Shown: one piece after another, positions 18,080-32,556 of the stretch
Layout of the letters: the number at the start of each line of letters is the position of its first letter
Position numbering within the stretch: the stretch's first letter is position 1
Program-made: the position numbers and the translations under genes
From: an uncultured Granulicella sp.
Lineage (GTDB): Bacteria > Acidobacteriota > Terriglobia > Terriglobales > Acidobacteriaceae
Length of the DNA stretch: 64,000 nucleotides
Assembly (NCBI GenBank): GCA_965213805.1
Contig: CBDCAG010000001.1
Coordinates: 2,338,726-2,402,725, forward strand
Direction of reading: 5' to 3'
Notes under the pieces: model-generated
Told to the model about the DNA's origin: nothing
Seen by the model: only the letters and a program-made list of their open reading frames with translations
The model's database searches: none

Positions 18080-20197
18080 CTATTTGGCGTCGAAGGCCTT
18101 GGTGAGGAAGTCGACGATGCGCTGGCGGGCGTCGAAGCCGTGCCAGGGTTCGGGCGAGGGGTGGCCGTAGATGGCGCCGCCGAGCGGGCCATGGTCGTCG
18201 CGGGGGTAGGTGACGAGCTCGACCGGCACCTTTGACTGCCGGAGCGCGCGGTACATCTCCTGCGACTGGCCGAGCGGGTCGGTGGTGTCGCCTTCGCCCT
18301 GGATGAGGAGGAACGGCGTCCGGGCTTTAGCGACGCCTGAGAGCGGGCTCTGCCGCCAGGCATCGGCCTGATGCTCCCACGGCTTGCCGTAGTACCACTG
18401 GTCGTACCAGGAGCCGCGCTCGGTGCCGTACTCGCTGTTCTGATCGATTACCGGGGCCATGCTGACGATGGCCTTGAAGCGAGTGGTCTTGCCTTCGACG
18501 AAGCCGGCCATCTCGCCGCCGTAGCTGTAGCCCGTAAGGGCGAGTCTGGCCGCGTCGAGCTTCGGTTCGGTGCGCAGGACGTAGTCGACGCCGGCCATGA
18601 TGTCGCGATAGTCACCGCCGCCGAGGTCGTTCTTGTTTGCCGCGGCGAACTCTGGACCGCGGCCGGTGCTGCCGCGCGGGTTGGTCCGCAGGACGGCCCA
18701 GCCGTGGCCCAGCATGAAGGCGGTGTAGAGGTCATTGTCGTCGAGGTAGGCGCCGAGCGGCCCGCCATGCACCTCGACGATCAGCGGGACTTTTTTGGTT
18801 GCGGCCTCGGGGGGCAGGTAGAGCAGCCCGTCGATGGTGAGCTTGTCGCTCTTGTAGAAGATGCGCCGCGGGGCGACGGTGCGGACGCCTTCGGGGGCGA
18901 GCGGCGGCAGAGCGAGCACACGCGGGGTGTCGGCGAGCGAAGCAGCGTAGAGCAGCTGCATGGGCTTGCCGCCGGATTCGCCGGCGAAGAGCCAGCCGGT
19001 CTGTGCGGGGTTGGTCTCGGTGACGCGGAGGACGGAGAAGGGCAGTTTGATCGGGTTTGGTTTGCCGTCGGGAGCGTAGCGCATCAGGCTGGTCTCGACC
19101 CCGGCCTCGACGGGCGACAGCACGCCGCCTTCTTTGAGGGCGATCGGTTCGGCGCCGGGGAGTGAGCCCTTGAGTGTCTCGGAAAGGTCTTTCGAGAGCT
19201 TCGTGGCGAGGGTGTATTGATAAAGGTCCGCATAGCCGGGCGGGGTGTCTTTGTGCGCCTGTGCGAGGTAGTAGAGGGTGCCACCGTCCGCAGACCACGC
19301 GGCGGTTTCGATGGTGGGCGACAGGCCTTCAAGCGGGGTCGCATGGGCCGGGTCGGCGAGGGTGACGACGACGGCGGAGTTGGCGGGGCCGAGCTCGGCG
19401 ACGCCGTTCGGTTCTTCGCGGATCACGATGAGCTTCGTAGAGTCGGCGCTCCAGGCGGCGCCGCGTACGTCGATGGCGACGCCGGCGGTGGTGAGTTTAC
19501 TGCTGGAGACGTCGAGCAGGTAGAGGCGCGTGCCGTGCAGGCTGTGGTCGACCCATTCCGCATCTGCCTTGGCATCTTTCTGCTTCTTTTCACCGGGGGT
19601 CTGCGGGTCGCTGGCGAGGAAGGCAATGGTCCTGCCATCGGGTGCGATGCGGAAGTTGGCGAGGTCGAGCGGGATGGGCTCGGGCTTGGCGTCCTTGTCG
19701 TCTTTGGCGTCTGGCTTGGCGGGAGGTAGCGCGCCAGGGCGTTTCGATTCGTCGGCGAGCGGCGTGATCTTGAGCTCGAACGGCTTGGCTTCGCCGCCGT
19801 TCATGGGCAGGCGGTAGAGCGAGACGTGCTCGCCGCGTTTGGCGAGGAAGAGGATGCTCTGGCCGTCGGACATCCATTCGCCGTCGTGCTCGCCGCGCTT
19901 GTCGGCATCGGGCGAGAAGGTGAGCTGGCGCGGTTCGCCGGAGCCTTCCGTGTCGATGAGCCAGAGATGGGTCTTGCCGCCGTCGGCGGTGGCGTCGGCG
20001 ATCTGGACCAGGGCGTGGCGGCCGTCGGGCGAGAGCCTGGGGGAGGACATGGCCTTGAAGCGGCGGATCTGCTCGTTGGTGGGAAAGGTCGCGGTCTTTT
20101 CCGAGGGGCTTTTGTCAGCAGCGGCCGCGGGCTGCTGGGCGCGAACGGGCAGGGGCAGGCTCACGAGGGCGAGCGAAAGGCAGATCTGGAGGCGCAT
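18080..20197 (-). CDS. S9 family prolyl oligopeptidase/acylaminoacyl peptidase (secreted)
   Basis: Signal peptide MRLQICLSLALV.., PD40-like repeats, VHGGP, GYSYGG nucleophile, and candidate Asp/His (GDTTDP, DDHG). Confidence 0.9.
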   Translation of the reverse strand: MRLQICLSLALVSLPLPVRAQQPAAAADKSPSEKTATFPTNEQIRRFKAMSSPRLSPDGRHALVQIADATADGGKTHLWLIDTEGSGEPRQLTFSPDADKRGEHDGEWMSDGQSILFLAKRGEHVSLYRLPMNGGEAKPFELKITPLADESKRPGALPPAKPDAKDDKDAKPEPIPLDLANFRIAPDGRTIAFLASDPQTPGEKKQKDAKADAEWVDHSLHGTRLYLLDVSSSKLTTAGVAIDVRGAAWSADSTKLIVIREEPNGVAELGPANSAVVVTLADPAHATPLEGLSPTIETAAWSADGGTLYYLAQAHKDTPPGYADLYQYTLATKLSKDLSETLKGSLPGAEPIALKEGGVLSPVEAGVETSLMRYAPDGKPNPIKLPFSVLRVTETNPAQTGWLFAGESGGKPMQLLYAASLADTPRVLALPPLAPEGVRTVAPRRIFYKSDKLTIDGLLYLPPEAATKKVPLIVEVHGGPLGAYLDDNDLYTAFMLGHGWAVLRTNPRGSTGRGPEFAAANKNDLGGGDYRDIMAGVDYVLRTEPKLDAARLALTGYSYGGEMAGFVEGKTTRFKAIVSMAPVIDQNSEYGTERGSWYDQWYYGKPWEHQADAWRQSPLSGVAKARTPFLLIQGEGDTTDPLGQSQEMYRALRQSKVPVELVTYPRDDHGPLGGAIYGHPSPEPWHGFDARQRIVDFLTKAFDAK

Positions 20198-20270
20198 ACA
20201 GGTGAGCTTAGCGGAGGTGGCGCGAATCGCGAAGGGTGCAGGCGGCGCGGGCCGTGCTACTGTCTCGAAT

Positions 20271-21653
20271 GTGAACGCTCCTTTGCGGATCTCCCTTGCC
20301 CTGCTGTTCTCGGTTTCGGCTTCCCTCGCGGCCTGCCTTGAGGCCCAGACGACGGTCGAGCGCTCGATCGACGCCGACCTGTATGCACACATCGCGCGGG
20401 TGAAGGCGGTCGACAACCACGCACACCCGGTGCTGCCGCCGCCGGCTGATGCGACCGATCGGGACTTCGATGCGCTGCCGGTGGACAACATGGAGGCGTC
20501 GACCGATACCGTGGCGTGGCGGGCGGATAATCCGCAGCTGCCGGCGGCGTGGAAGGCGCTGTGGAACTTCGAGGTGCCGGGCGAGGGCGCGTTGCCGCTT
20601 GACGAGGCGGGGATGAAGGCGCTGGCGAAGGCGCGCTCGGCGGTCAAGAAACGGGAGGGTGGGCACTTCGACCAATGGGTGCTGGACCAGGCGGGCATCG
20701 CCACGATGCTGGCGAACCGCGTGAGCATGGGCGCGGGCGTCGAGCCGCCGAGGTTTCGCTGGGTGCCATATGCCGATGCGCTGCTGCTGCCGTTCGACAC
20801 GGCTGCGCTGGCGACGACGCCCGACAAGAAGCTGTTTTATCCGCTCGAGGACAAGGTGCGCGCGCGGTACCTGGCGGCGGTGGGGATGAAAACGCCGCCG
20901 GCGACGCTGGGGGAATACCTGGCGAGGGTGGTGACGCCGACGCTCGAGGCGCAGCGCAAGGGCGGCGCGGTGGCGGAGAAGTTCGAGGTGGCGTATCTGC
21001 GCGGGTTCGACTTTGGCGATCCGCCGCGGGCCGAGGCGGAGCGGATTTACCGCGAGCGGGCCAAGACGCCGGCGGACTACAAGGTGCTGCAGGATTTCCT
21101 GCTGCGGTATATCGCGATGGAGTGCGGGCGGCTGGGGATGGCGGTGCATCTGCATACGCTGTCGGGCGGAGGCGGGTACTTCGGAATTGCGGGCGCGAAT
21201 CCGATGCTGCTCGAACCGCTGTTCAACGATCCGCGGCTGCGGCATACCAACTTCGTGATGCTGCACGGGGGCTGGCCGTTTGTGCGGGAGGCGGGGGCGC
21301 TGTTGCAGAAGCCGAACGTGTATCTCGACCTGTCGCAGCAGGCGCTGACATTCTCGCCGCGGACGCTGGCGGGCTGGCTGCGGGAGTGGCTTGAGACGTA
21401 TCCGGAGAAGGTGCTGTACGGGACGGACGGGTACGCGCTGTCGGACGCGGACGGGTGGGAGGAGTCGACGTGGATGGCGGACCACAATGCGCGGGTCGCG
21501 CTGGGGCTGGCGTTGACGGGCATGGTCGATGACGGCGAGATCACGAAGGTGCGGGCGATGGCGATCGCGGACGAGGTGCTGGCGGGTTCGGCGGGCAGGC
21601 TGTACGGGCTGCCGGCGGAGAGCGCGGTTGCGCCCCACGCCGAGAGCCATTAG
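20271..21653 (+). CDS. Secreted amidohydrolase family protein
   Basis: VDNHAHP (HxH), VHLHT, MLHGGWPF, LYGTDG; GTG 20271 precedes a signal peptide. Confidence 0.85.
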   Translation: MNAPLRISLALLFSVSASLAACLEAQTTVERSIDADLYAHIARVKAVDNHAHPVLPPPADATDRDFDALPVDNMEASTDTVAWRADNPQLPAAWKALWNFEVPGEGALPLDEAGMKALAKARSAVKKREGGHFDQWVLDQAGIATMLANRVSMGAGVEPPRFRWVPYADALLLPFDTAALATTPDKKLFYPLEDKVRARYLAAVGMKTPPATLGEYLARVVTPTLEAQRKGGAVAEKFEVAYLRGFDFGDPPRAEAERIYRERAKTPADYKVLQDFLLRYIAMECGRLGMAVHLHTLSGGGGYFGIAGANPMLLEPLFNDPRLRHTNFVMLHGGWPFVREAGALLQKPNVYLDLSQQALTFSPRTLAGWLREWLETYPEKVLYGTDGYALSDADGWEESTWMADHNARVALGLALTGMVDDGEITKVRAMAIADEVLAGSAGRLYGLPAESAVAPHAESH

Positions 21654-21810
21654 GACAAATCCGGCTGGCGAAGCGCCCGGCAGACCCACTTCGGGCTGCT
21701 GCCGATAGAGGACGTGACGCACACTTCAGCAAGGCCCTGAACAATCCGGGGGATATGCTGGCGCGTCAGCTCCCTATAATGTCACCACAGAGGTCCAACG
21801 ACGGCCCGAC

Positions 21811-23853
21811 ATGACCGACTCAACCGCCCTTTCGTCCATCCCGTTGACTGTGGCCAAGGAAGCTGCCGAGCAGGGGCAGAAAAAGCGCGTGGATTTTGCC
21901 CTCCGGCTGCTGGAACTGGCGCGGCTGATCAGCGTGGCGCTGTGCGGGCTCGCGGTGCTGGTGCTGGCGGGCTGGCTGCTGCAGTCCGAGCGGCTGATGT
22001 CGGTGATGCCGGGGCGGGTTTCGATGAAGCCCAACACCGCGGTCGGGTTCATGCTGGCCGGTCTCGGGTTGTATGCCCTGCTGCGCGAAAATCAGCTCGC
22101 ACACAGGATGGCGCGAGCCTGGGCGGCCCTGCTGCTGGTACTGGTGTCGGCGACGCTGTTTGAGTATGGGCTGGGTCGCGACTTCGGCATCGACCAGCTG
22201 CTCTTTCGCGACCCTGTCCAATTGGTGAATCCGGGGCGGATGGCGGCGATCACGGCGGTGGCCTTCCTGCTGGTGAGCGTTTCCCTGCTGCTGGCGACCG
22301 GAAGCCGGCTTGCGCGGCGTTGCGGGCAGGCGACGACGCTCGCGCTGATCCTGATCGCATTGACCAGCATTGTGGGCTACCTGTACGGGGTGCCGGTGCT
22401 CTACGGGTCGTTCCGCAGCGTCAATTCGATGGCGCTCCACACCGGGGTGGGTCTGCTGCTGCTGGGCTTTGCGATGCTGCTCGGGCAGCGCGACTCGGTC
22501 CTGGGCAGGGCGCTTCGATCGCACGATCACGGGGGACTGCTGCTGCGGCGCTTCCTGCCGCTGGCCGTGCTCTCCCCGGTGCTGCTGGGGTACCTGTACC
22601 TGCGGCCGGCCTTGAACTTTGGCCAGCTGCGCTTCAGCATCGCGCTCTTCGCGGTGACGCTGTGCCTGGGCTTCAGCTTGGCACTGATCGCGGTCGCGGC
22701 CTTCATCAACCGGGAACAGGCGCAGCAGCGCACCATTGCGGAGATTGCCCTGGCGGCCAGCCGCGAGATCAGCCGGAGCGAACGCGACCTGCGCCTGGTG
22801 ACGGATCACCTGCCGACGCTGCTCTCCTACATCGATCTCGACGGGCGGTTTGTGCGGGTGAATCGCACGTATGAGGAGTGGCTCGGCCGGCCCGCCGCGG
22901 AGATCGTCGGGCAGGAGTTGCGGACGTTGCTGGGCGAGGGCTATGCGGAGCGGACGCGGACGGCGCGGCAGAACGCCTTGAAGGGCTTTACGGCGACGGT
23001 CGAGACCGCGTACCCGACGGTCAAGGGCGAGCGCTGCGCACGCATCACCTATGCGCCGGACCTTGCCGAGGACGGCACGGTGCGCGGGCTGGCGTGCATG
23101 GTGGTGGACGTCGAAGACCAGCGGAGCGCCGAGGCCGCGCTCCGCCAGAGCGAAAAGCTGGCGGCGGTGGGGCGGCTCTCATCGACCATCGCGCACGAGA
23201 TCAACAACCCGGTCGATGCCGTGATGAACATGCTGTACCTCGCGCGGGAGCAGACCGCCGAGCCCGAGACCCGGGAGCTTCTGGCCGGCGCCGAGGCCGA
23301 GCTGCGCCGGGTAGCCCAGATCGCCGGGCAGACGCTGCGCTTCCACAAGCAGCGGCAGGTGGTCGAGCCGGTGCAGGCGGAGATCTTATTCGAGTCCGTG
23401 CTGGCGCTGCACGAGGGCCGCCTGCGCAGCCGGCAGGTGGTCGTCGAGCGCCGTGACCGCACCGCGGAGCCGTTTCCCTGCTACGAGGGTGAACTGCGCC
23501 AGGTGCTGAACAATCTCGTCTCGAATGCGTTCGACGCCAGCCAGCGCGGCGGCCGGCTGCTGCTGCGCAGCCGCACCGCGACCGAGTGGAGCACCGGCCG
23601 GCGCGGCATTGCGCTGACCATCGCCGATAACGGCTCGGGCATGGACGAGGCGACGCGCATGCGGGTCTTCGAGGCCTTCTTCACGACCAAGGGCATGGCG
23701 GGAACCGGGCTCGGGCTCTGGATCTCGTCCGAAATACTGCTGCGCCACGGCAGCCAGATACGTGTGCGGTCGAGCACCCAGGCGAGTGGCCACGGGACAG
23801 TTTTCGTGCTCTTCATGCCCTTTCAAAGCCCGCTCGGCGACCCCGCAAGCTAA
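21811..23853 (+). CDS. Membrane PAS-domain sensor histidine kinase
   Basis: Multiple TMs, PAS segment (YIDLDGRFVRVN), AHEINNP, DNGSGM, GTGLGL. Confidence 0.92.
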   Translation: MTDSTALSSIPLTVAKEAAEQGQKKRVDFALRLLELARLISVALCGLAVLVLAGWLLQSERLMSVMPGRVSMKPNTAVGFMLAGLGLYALLRENQLAHRMARAWAALLLVLVSATLFEYGLGRDFGIDQLLFRDPVQLVNPGRMAAITAVAFLLVSVSLLLATGSRLARRCGQATTLALILIALTSIVGYLYGVPVLYGSFRSVNSMALHTGVGLLLLGFAMLLGQRDSVLGRALRSHDHGGLLLRRFLPLAVLSPVLLGYLYLRPALNFGQLRFSIALFAVTLCLGFSLALIAVAAFINREQAQQRTIAEIALAASREISRSERDLRLVTDHLPTLLSYIDLDGRFVRVNRTYEEWLGRPAAEIVGQELRTLLGEGYAERTRTARQNALKGFTATVETAYPTVKGERCARITYAPDLAEDGTVRGLACMVVDVEDQRSAEAALRQSEKLAAVGRLSSTIAHEINNPVDAVMNMLYLAREQTAEPETRELLAGAEAELRRVAQIAGQTLRFHKQRQVVEPVQAEILFESVLALHEGRLRSRQVVVERRDRTAEPFPCYEGELRQVLNNLVSNAFDASQRGGRLLLRSRTATEWSTGRRGIALTIADNGSGMDEATRMRVFEAFFTTKGMAGTGLGLWISSEILLRHGSQIRVRSSTQASGHGTVFVLFMPFQSPLGDPAS

Positions 23854-23897
23854 CACAACCTGGCTGAAAAATCGAGGAACGGTGATAGCCTAGAAGT

Positions 23898-24176
23898 ATG
23901 CGGTCGACTCTCCTTTTTGTCGCGGTTCTGCTGGCGTGCAGCCCCATGCATGCCCAGGCGACTGCGCCCGAAGGAGCCCGCGCGACCATCACCTGGCTTG
24001 ACGCGCTGTTCCCGGCGACGGCTGCGGAGACGACGGGACGGCCCACCATCCGGCGCCGCGCTCATACGCCGCAAACCTTCGCGCGGGCCACCGACGCGCT
24101 GCGAGTCTCAGCCGACAAGGCAACTCCTCTGCCGCGGCCGGCAACCCTGCTGCTCCACGACTCGAACGCCCCCTGA
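23898..24176 (+). CDS. Small secreted protein / secA upstream ORF (candidate SecM-like monitor)
   Basis: Signal peptide MRSTLLFVAVLLACSPMHA|QA; ends ..HDSNAP-stop 140 nt before secA. Confidence 0.55.
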   Translation: MRSTLLFVAVLLACSPMHAQATAPEGARATITWLDALFPATAAETTGRPTIRRRAHTPQTFARATDALRVSADKATPLPRPATLLLHDSNAP

Positions 24177-24316
24177 CGAAGCGGCCCTCGTAGCGGCCCT
24201 GGGAGTGCTGCGCGCCGACGCGGCTCGTCCGCATTCCCGCCCATTCGCGAATTGAAAGCCTGCGCCCATGTGCGCCTGGCGGCCGCAGAACGCGCCCCAG
24301 CAAGAAGGAACCCGTT

Positions 24317-27301
<2,985 letters not shown>

Positions 27302-27316
27302 CCAACCGCGCAACTG

Positions 27317-27351
27317 GCCGGTCGAAACGGGAAACCGCTTCGGCCGGCTTT
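27317..27351 (+). terminator. Probable secA terminator hairpin
   Basis: GCCGGTCGAA...TTCGGCCGGC followed by a short T run. Confidence 0.5.
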
Positions 27352-27492
27352 GCCGTTTAACGCGCCGATGCCGACGATCGTCATGCTAACCTGACCGCGA
27401 TCTTTCGAATGGGCCCACGCGGGGACGCGTGAATCTCACCGCAATCGGACCGGACTAGCTGCACGCTCCGGGGACCGAGAAGTGGAGACCCG

Positions 27493-28161
27493 GTGCTCAC
27501 CCTGGACATGATGAAGAGCCTCTGGCCTCATGGTGATCAACATATCCCCGGCCTGATCGAAGGCATCGTGGCGGCGGCTCCGGCCGTATTCTCGAAGTAT
27601 GGCCTGACCACCGGGCTGCTGGTCGCGCACGCGATGGCGCAGTTCAGCGAAGAGTGCGGGCAGGGACTCGAGATGACGGAGAACATGAACTACTCGGCGA
27701 CCGGCCTGCTGACGACCTTCCCGACGCACTTCACGCCAGAGATGGCGGCTCGCTGCGCACACAACCCGCAGATGATCGCGCAGATTGCCTACGGTGGGCG
27801 CATGGGAAACGCCGCGCCGCCTTCGACCGAGGGCTGGGACTTTCGCGGTGCCGGCCTTTCGCAGCTGACCGGTCGCAACAACTACGCGGCGCTCAACGCG
27901 TTCCTCGCGCGGCAGAATGCAGGGATCGACATCGTGCACAGACCCGCGCTGATCGTCGATCCGGCGTCCACGCTCGAATGCGGTGTTGCGGACTTTATCC
28001 TGTGCGGCTGCCTGCCCTTCGCGAAGAAGGACGACGTGGCTGGCGTGACGCATAAGCTGAACGGCGGCCAGAACGGCATCGCCGAACGTCAGCGTCAGTT
28101 GGTCTTCTGGAAGACGGCGCTAGGCGTCCCTAGAACAGCGGGCGCGGCCATCGCAGCCTGA
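27493..28161 (+). CDS. Glycoside hydrolase family 19 (chitinase/endolysin-like)
   Basis: MAQFSEE..ENMNYSA..L, YGGRMGN, GWDFRGAGLSQLTGRNNY, LNGGQNGIAER. Confidence 0.85.
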   Translation: MLTLDMMKSLWPHGDQHIPGLIEGIVAAAPAVFSKYGLTTGLLVAHAMAQFSEECGQGLEMTENMNYSATGLLTTFPTHFTPEMAARCAHNPQMIAQIAYGGRMGNAAPPSTEGWDFRGAGLSQLTGRNNYAALNAFLARQNAGIDIVHRPALIVDPASTLECGVADFILCGCLPFAKKDDVAGVTHKLNGGQNGIAERQRQLVFWKTALGVPRTAGAAIAA

Positions 28162-28181
28162 AGAGTTTCATCAACCGAAGG

Positions 28182-28748
28182 CTACTTCATCAGGTCGTCG
28201 AGCAGCAGCTTTGCCTTGGTGGCAAGCTGCGAGGCGCCTTCGGCGTCGCCGGTGCTCAGCGCTTCATGCGCCTGGCGCAGGAAGTTGCGAATCCGCTGCA
28301 GACCTTCGCGCTGCTCGTCGGAGTGCGCGCCGGACCAGCCACTGACATCCTTTTCGACCGCGCTGATCGCATCGGCGGCATGCTGCTTTTCCGCCGGCGC
28401 GGCGTCCCCGCCGGCAGTGAGGTCGCCGATCAGGGCAGAGGGCGTCGAGGAAGGCGCTGCGGCAGCTACCTGGACCGGCGCAGCCGCGGGAGGCGGAGGC
28501 GGCTCCTGCGGCTGCTTCTTCTTCTTCCGCACCTTCGGCTGCACCGAAGAGGTCGGCAGAGGAACCGCAGGCACAGGGACGCGCTGTAGCTCAGGCTGGG
28601 CTACAGGCTCGGGCGCGCCAACAAGCGGCACAGTGGCAACCGGCGGGAGCGGCGGAACGGGCGCCGCAACCGGCTGATGGTGACAGCCGGCCAGCAATAC
28701 GCAGAAAGCTGCGGTGATCGAGAACCGCAGAAAGTGCTTCAAGATCAT
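28182..28748 (-). CDS. Proline-rich lipoprotein
   Basis: Lipobox LLAGC; ATGA overlap with the upstream kinase gene. Confidence 0.75.
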   Translation of the reverse strand: MILKHFLRFSITAAFCVLLAGCHHQPVAAPVPPLPPVATVPLVGAPEPVAQPELQRVPVPAVPLPTSSVQPKVRKKKKQPQEPPPPPAAAPVQVAAAAPSSTPSALIGDLTAGGDAAPAEKQHAADAISAVEKDVSGWSGAHSDEQREGLQRIRNFLRQAHEALSTGDAEGASQLATKAKLLLDDLMK

Positions 28749-30682
28749 GCCTCCGTCCCGGGTGCGACGCGAGCCTTGCTGCGTCGCGCCAGGCGATCGT
28801 CGGTGCTTGGCATATAAACCGCTGGTAGCCGCATCGTGAAGATCGTTCCCGTTCCCTGTTCCGACTGTACCTCCATTGCGCCGCCGTGCATCTGCACAAT
28901 TCGGTAGGTCATCGCCAAGCCAATACCGCTGCCCTTCGGCTTGGTCGTAAAGTACAGCTCGAAGATGCGCGGCATCAGTTCCGGCGCAATGCCGCTGCCC
29001 TCGTCCGCCACCGAGATCATCGCGATCTCCTGCTCGCGCCGCACCGTGATGCGCAGCAGACCCCCGTGATGCATCGCCTGCACGCCGTTCAGAATGAGGT
29101 TGAGCAGCGCCTGCCGCAGCAGCTCGCCGTCGGCACGAACCTTCACCGGCTCCGCATCGCAGACGAAGCGCACGTTCTGCTCCGCCATCTCTTCGCCGGT
29201 CAATTCGAGCACCGCCCGTGCCACGTCGGCCAGGTCAATCTCGCTCAGGTGCAGCTCAAGCGGACGCGTGAAATCGGCCAGCGTCTGCACCACGCGATCC
29301 AGCCGCTGCATCTCCCCGGCAAGTATCTCGACATGCCGTTCGGCGCCCTCCATCGAGCCGTTCCCGGCCAGCTTGCCCTTCAGCAGCTCAAGATGGACCA
29401 CCATCGCATTGATGGGATTCTTCACCTCGTGCCCCACGCCGGCCGTCAGCCTGCCGACCGCCGCCAGCCGCCGCGCCACCTCAAGCTCCTTCTCAAGCTT
29501 CATTGCAGAACCCGTGTCGTGCAGGGTCAACAGCGTCCCCACCCGCCCCTTGCCGTGCTCGATGTGGTCGACCGAGATCTGCACCATGCGACCGTCTTCC
29601 ATCCGGACGCTGGCCGCGGAAACATTCAGCTCCAGCTCAAAGGCCTCGAGCACCGCGCGCCCGAGCGAAGTCTCCGGCTTGAAGATGTCGCGCAGCCGCT
29701 GCCCCACCAGCGTAGGCTTATCGGTTTCGACAAAGTTCGCCACGGCGTCCGACACCATCGTCGCCCGCTCCTCGCCGGTAAACAGCAGGACCCCGTCGCG
29801 CAGCGTGTCGAGCATCTGCGTCAGGTTCGCCTGCAGATCCGTATAGCCCGCCTCGGTCGTCTGAATCTGCTCGCCCAGCCGCTCGATCGAGCGCTTTACG
29901 CGCACCACCGCATCCGGCCCCGTCGCCCCCAGCGACAGCCGCCGCTGCTGCTGTGGCTCGGGTACCTCCTCCGGCGCGGCGCGCGTCAACTCATCCAGCC
30001 GCTTGCTGATCTCCTCAATCGGCCGCAGCGCGACGCTGGTCAGAAGCGCCGCGGCCAGCGTCGCAGCGGCGCCGCAGATAATCACCAGCAACAGCGCATC
30101 CTTCAGCCACGGCACATAGTTGTTCTTCAGGAACGTCGATCGCACCCCCATGTGCACGACCAGGAACGGCTTGCCGTTGCGCCGCACCTGCATCGCAACA
30201 TCGACCACGCGGCCCTTGCCGAAGACCTCGCGCACCTGGTCCAGCACATCCGCATTGCGCACCCGGTCGAAATTCGTGCGTGTCGTCGCCTGCTGATTCC
30301 ACATCACCTGGTCGGTGCTCACCAGGATGAAGCCCTGCGCGTTGGTGATGCTCACGTCCTGCACCGACGGGCTGTAACGCACGATCGCCTTCATCGTATC
30401 GATCAGCGGCTGATGGCTGCGCAGCGCGTCGGCCACCGCACTGTTGAAGGCCTCTTCACTGTCATCCGCCGGCGGCCGGGCAGACAGCTCCACCTGCACC
30501 GCCTGCTGCGTCATCATCGAAAGCTGGCGCACCAGCACATCGTTGCTCGCATCGGTCTGCGCCACCCGCTGCCGCAGCAGTTCGCCCAGGAACAGGATCG
30601 AAAGCACCAGCACGATCGTGAACGTGACACACGTCGCCGCCAGCACAAGCTTCGTCCGCAGCCGCATGGGGTTCACGTTCAA
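28745..30682 (-). CDS. NtrB-type sensor histidine kinase
   Basis: Two TMs, GHEVKNPI, NGVQAM, DEGSGI, GSGIGL. Confidence 0.92.
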   Translation of the reverse strand: MNVNPMRLRTKLVLAATCVTFTIVLVLSILFLGELLRQRVAQTDASNDVLVRQLSMMTQQAVQVELSARPPADDSEEAFNSAVADALRSHQPLIDTMKAIVRYSPSVQDVSITNAQGFILVSTDQVMWNQQATTRTNFDRVRNADVLDQVREVFGKGRVVDVAMQVRRNGKPFLVVHMGVRSTFLKNNYVPWLKDALLLVIICGAAATLAAALLTSVALRPIEEISKRLDELTRAAPEEVPEPQQQRRLSLGATGPDAVVRVKRSIERLGEQIQTTEAGYTDLQANLTQMLDTLRDGVLLFTGEERATMVSDAVANFVETDKPTLVGQRLRDIFKPETSLGRAVLEAFELELNVSAASVRMEDGRMVQISVDHIEHGKGRVGTLLTLHDTGSAMKLEKELEVARRLAAVGRLTAGVGHEVKNPINAMVVHLELLKGKLAGNGSMEGAERHVEILAGEMQRLDRVVQTLADFTRPLELHLSEIDLADVARAVLELTGEEMAEQNVRFVCDAEPVKVRADGELLRQALLNLILNGVQAMHHGGLLRITVRREQEIAMISVADEGSGIAPELMPRIFELYFTTKPKGSGIGLAMTYRIVQMHGGAMEVQSEQGTGTIFTMRLPAVYMPSTDDRLARRSKARVAPGTEA

Positions 30683-30685
30683 CGC

Positions 30686-32077
<1,392 letters not shown>

Positions 32078-32163
32078 GTCCTACTCCTTCATGAGAACCA
32101 TTCCGGCGAAACAAGGCAGATGAACCGTTCTCTTAGGGTAACTGTAGCGGGTATCCTTGTGAC

Positions 32164-32514
32164 ATGCTCGCCCCTGAAATCACGCCCGACGAATACCTTA
32201 AGCTGCGCAGCGAAGCCGCTGCCAGCGGCGCCTCGCCTGTTTCGACTCCCGTTCTGTTAGACGTGCGCGAACCCTGGGAGGCGGCGACCGCCTCGCTGCC
32301 GGGTTCCGTGCTGATCCCGATGGGCGACATTCCCAGCCGCGCACACGCAGAGCTCGATCCGGATCAGCCCATCATCGTACTCTGTCACCACGGCGCGCGC
32401 TCGCTGTCCGTCACGATGTGGCTCCGCCGCGAAGGCTTCGACCACGCCCAGTCCCTCGCCGGCGGCATCGACTACTGGTCGCGCGCCATCGATCCCGGCA
32501 TTCCGCGCTACTAG
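32164..32514 (+). CDS. Rhodanese-domain protein
   Basis: LLDVREPWE, LCHHGARS, LAGGIDYW. Confidence 0.9.
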   Translation: MLAPEITPDEYLKLRSEAAASGASPVSTPVLLDVREPWEAATASLPGSVLIPMGDIPSRAHAELDPDQPIIVLCHHGARSLSVTMWLRREGFDHAQSLAGGIDYWSRAIDPGIPRY

Positions 32515-32556
32515 GCCGCTCCTGCCGTCCGGCGACGGTCATGATACAAAACGGCC

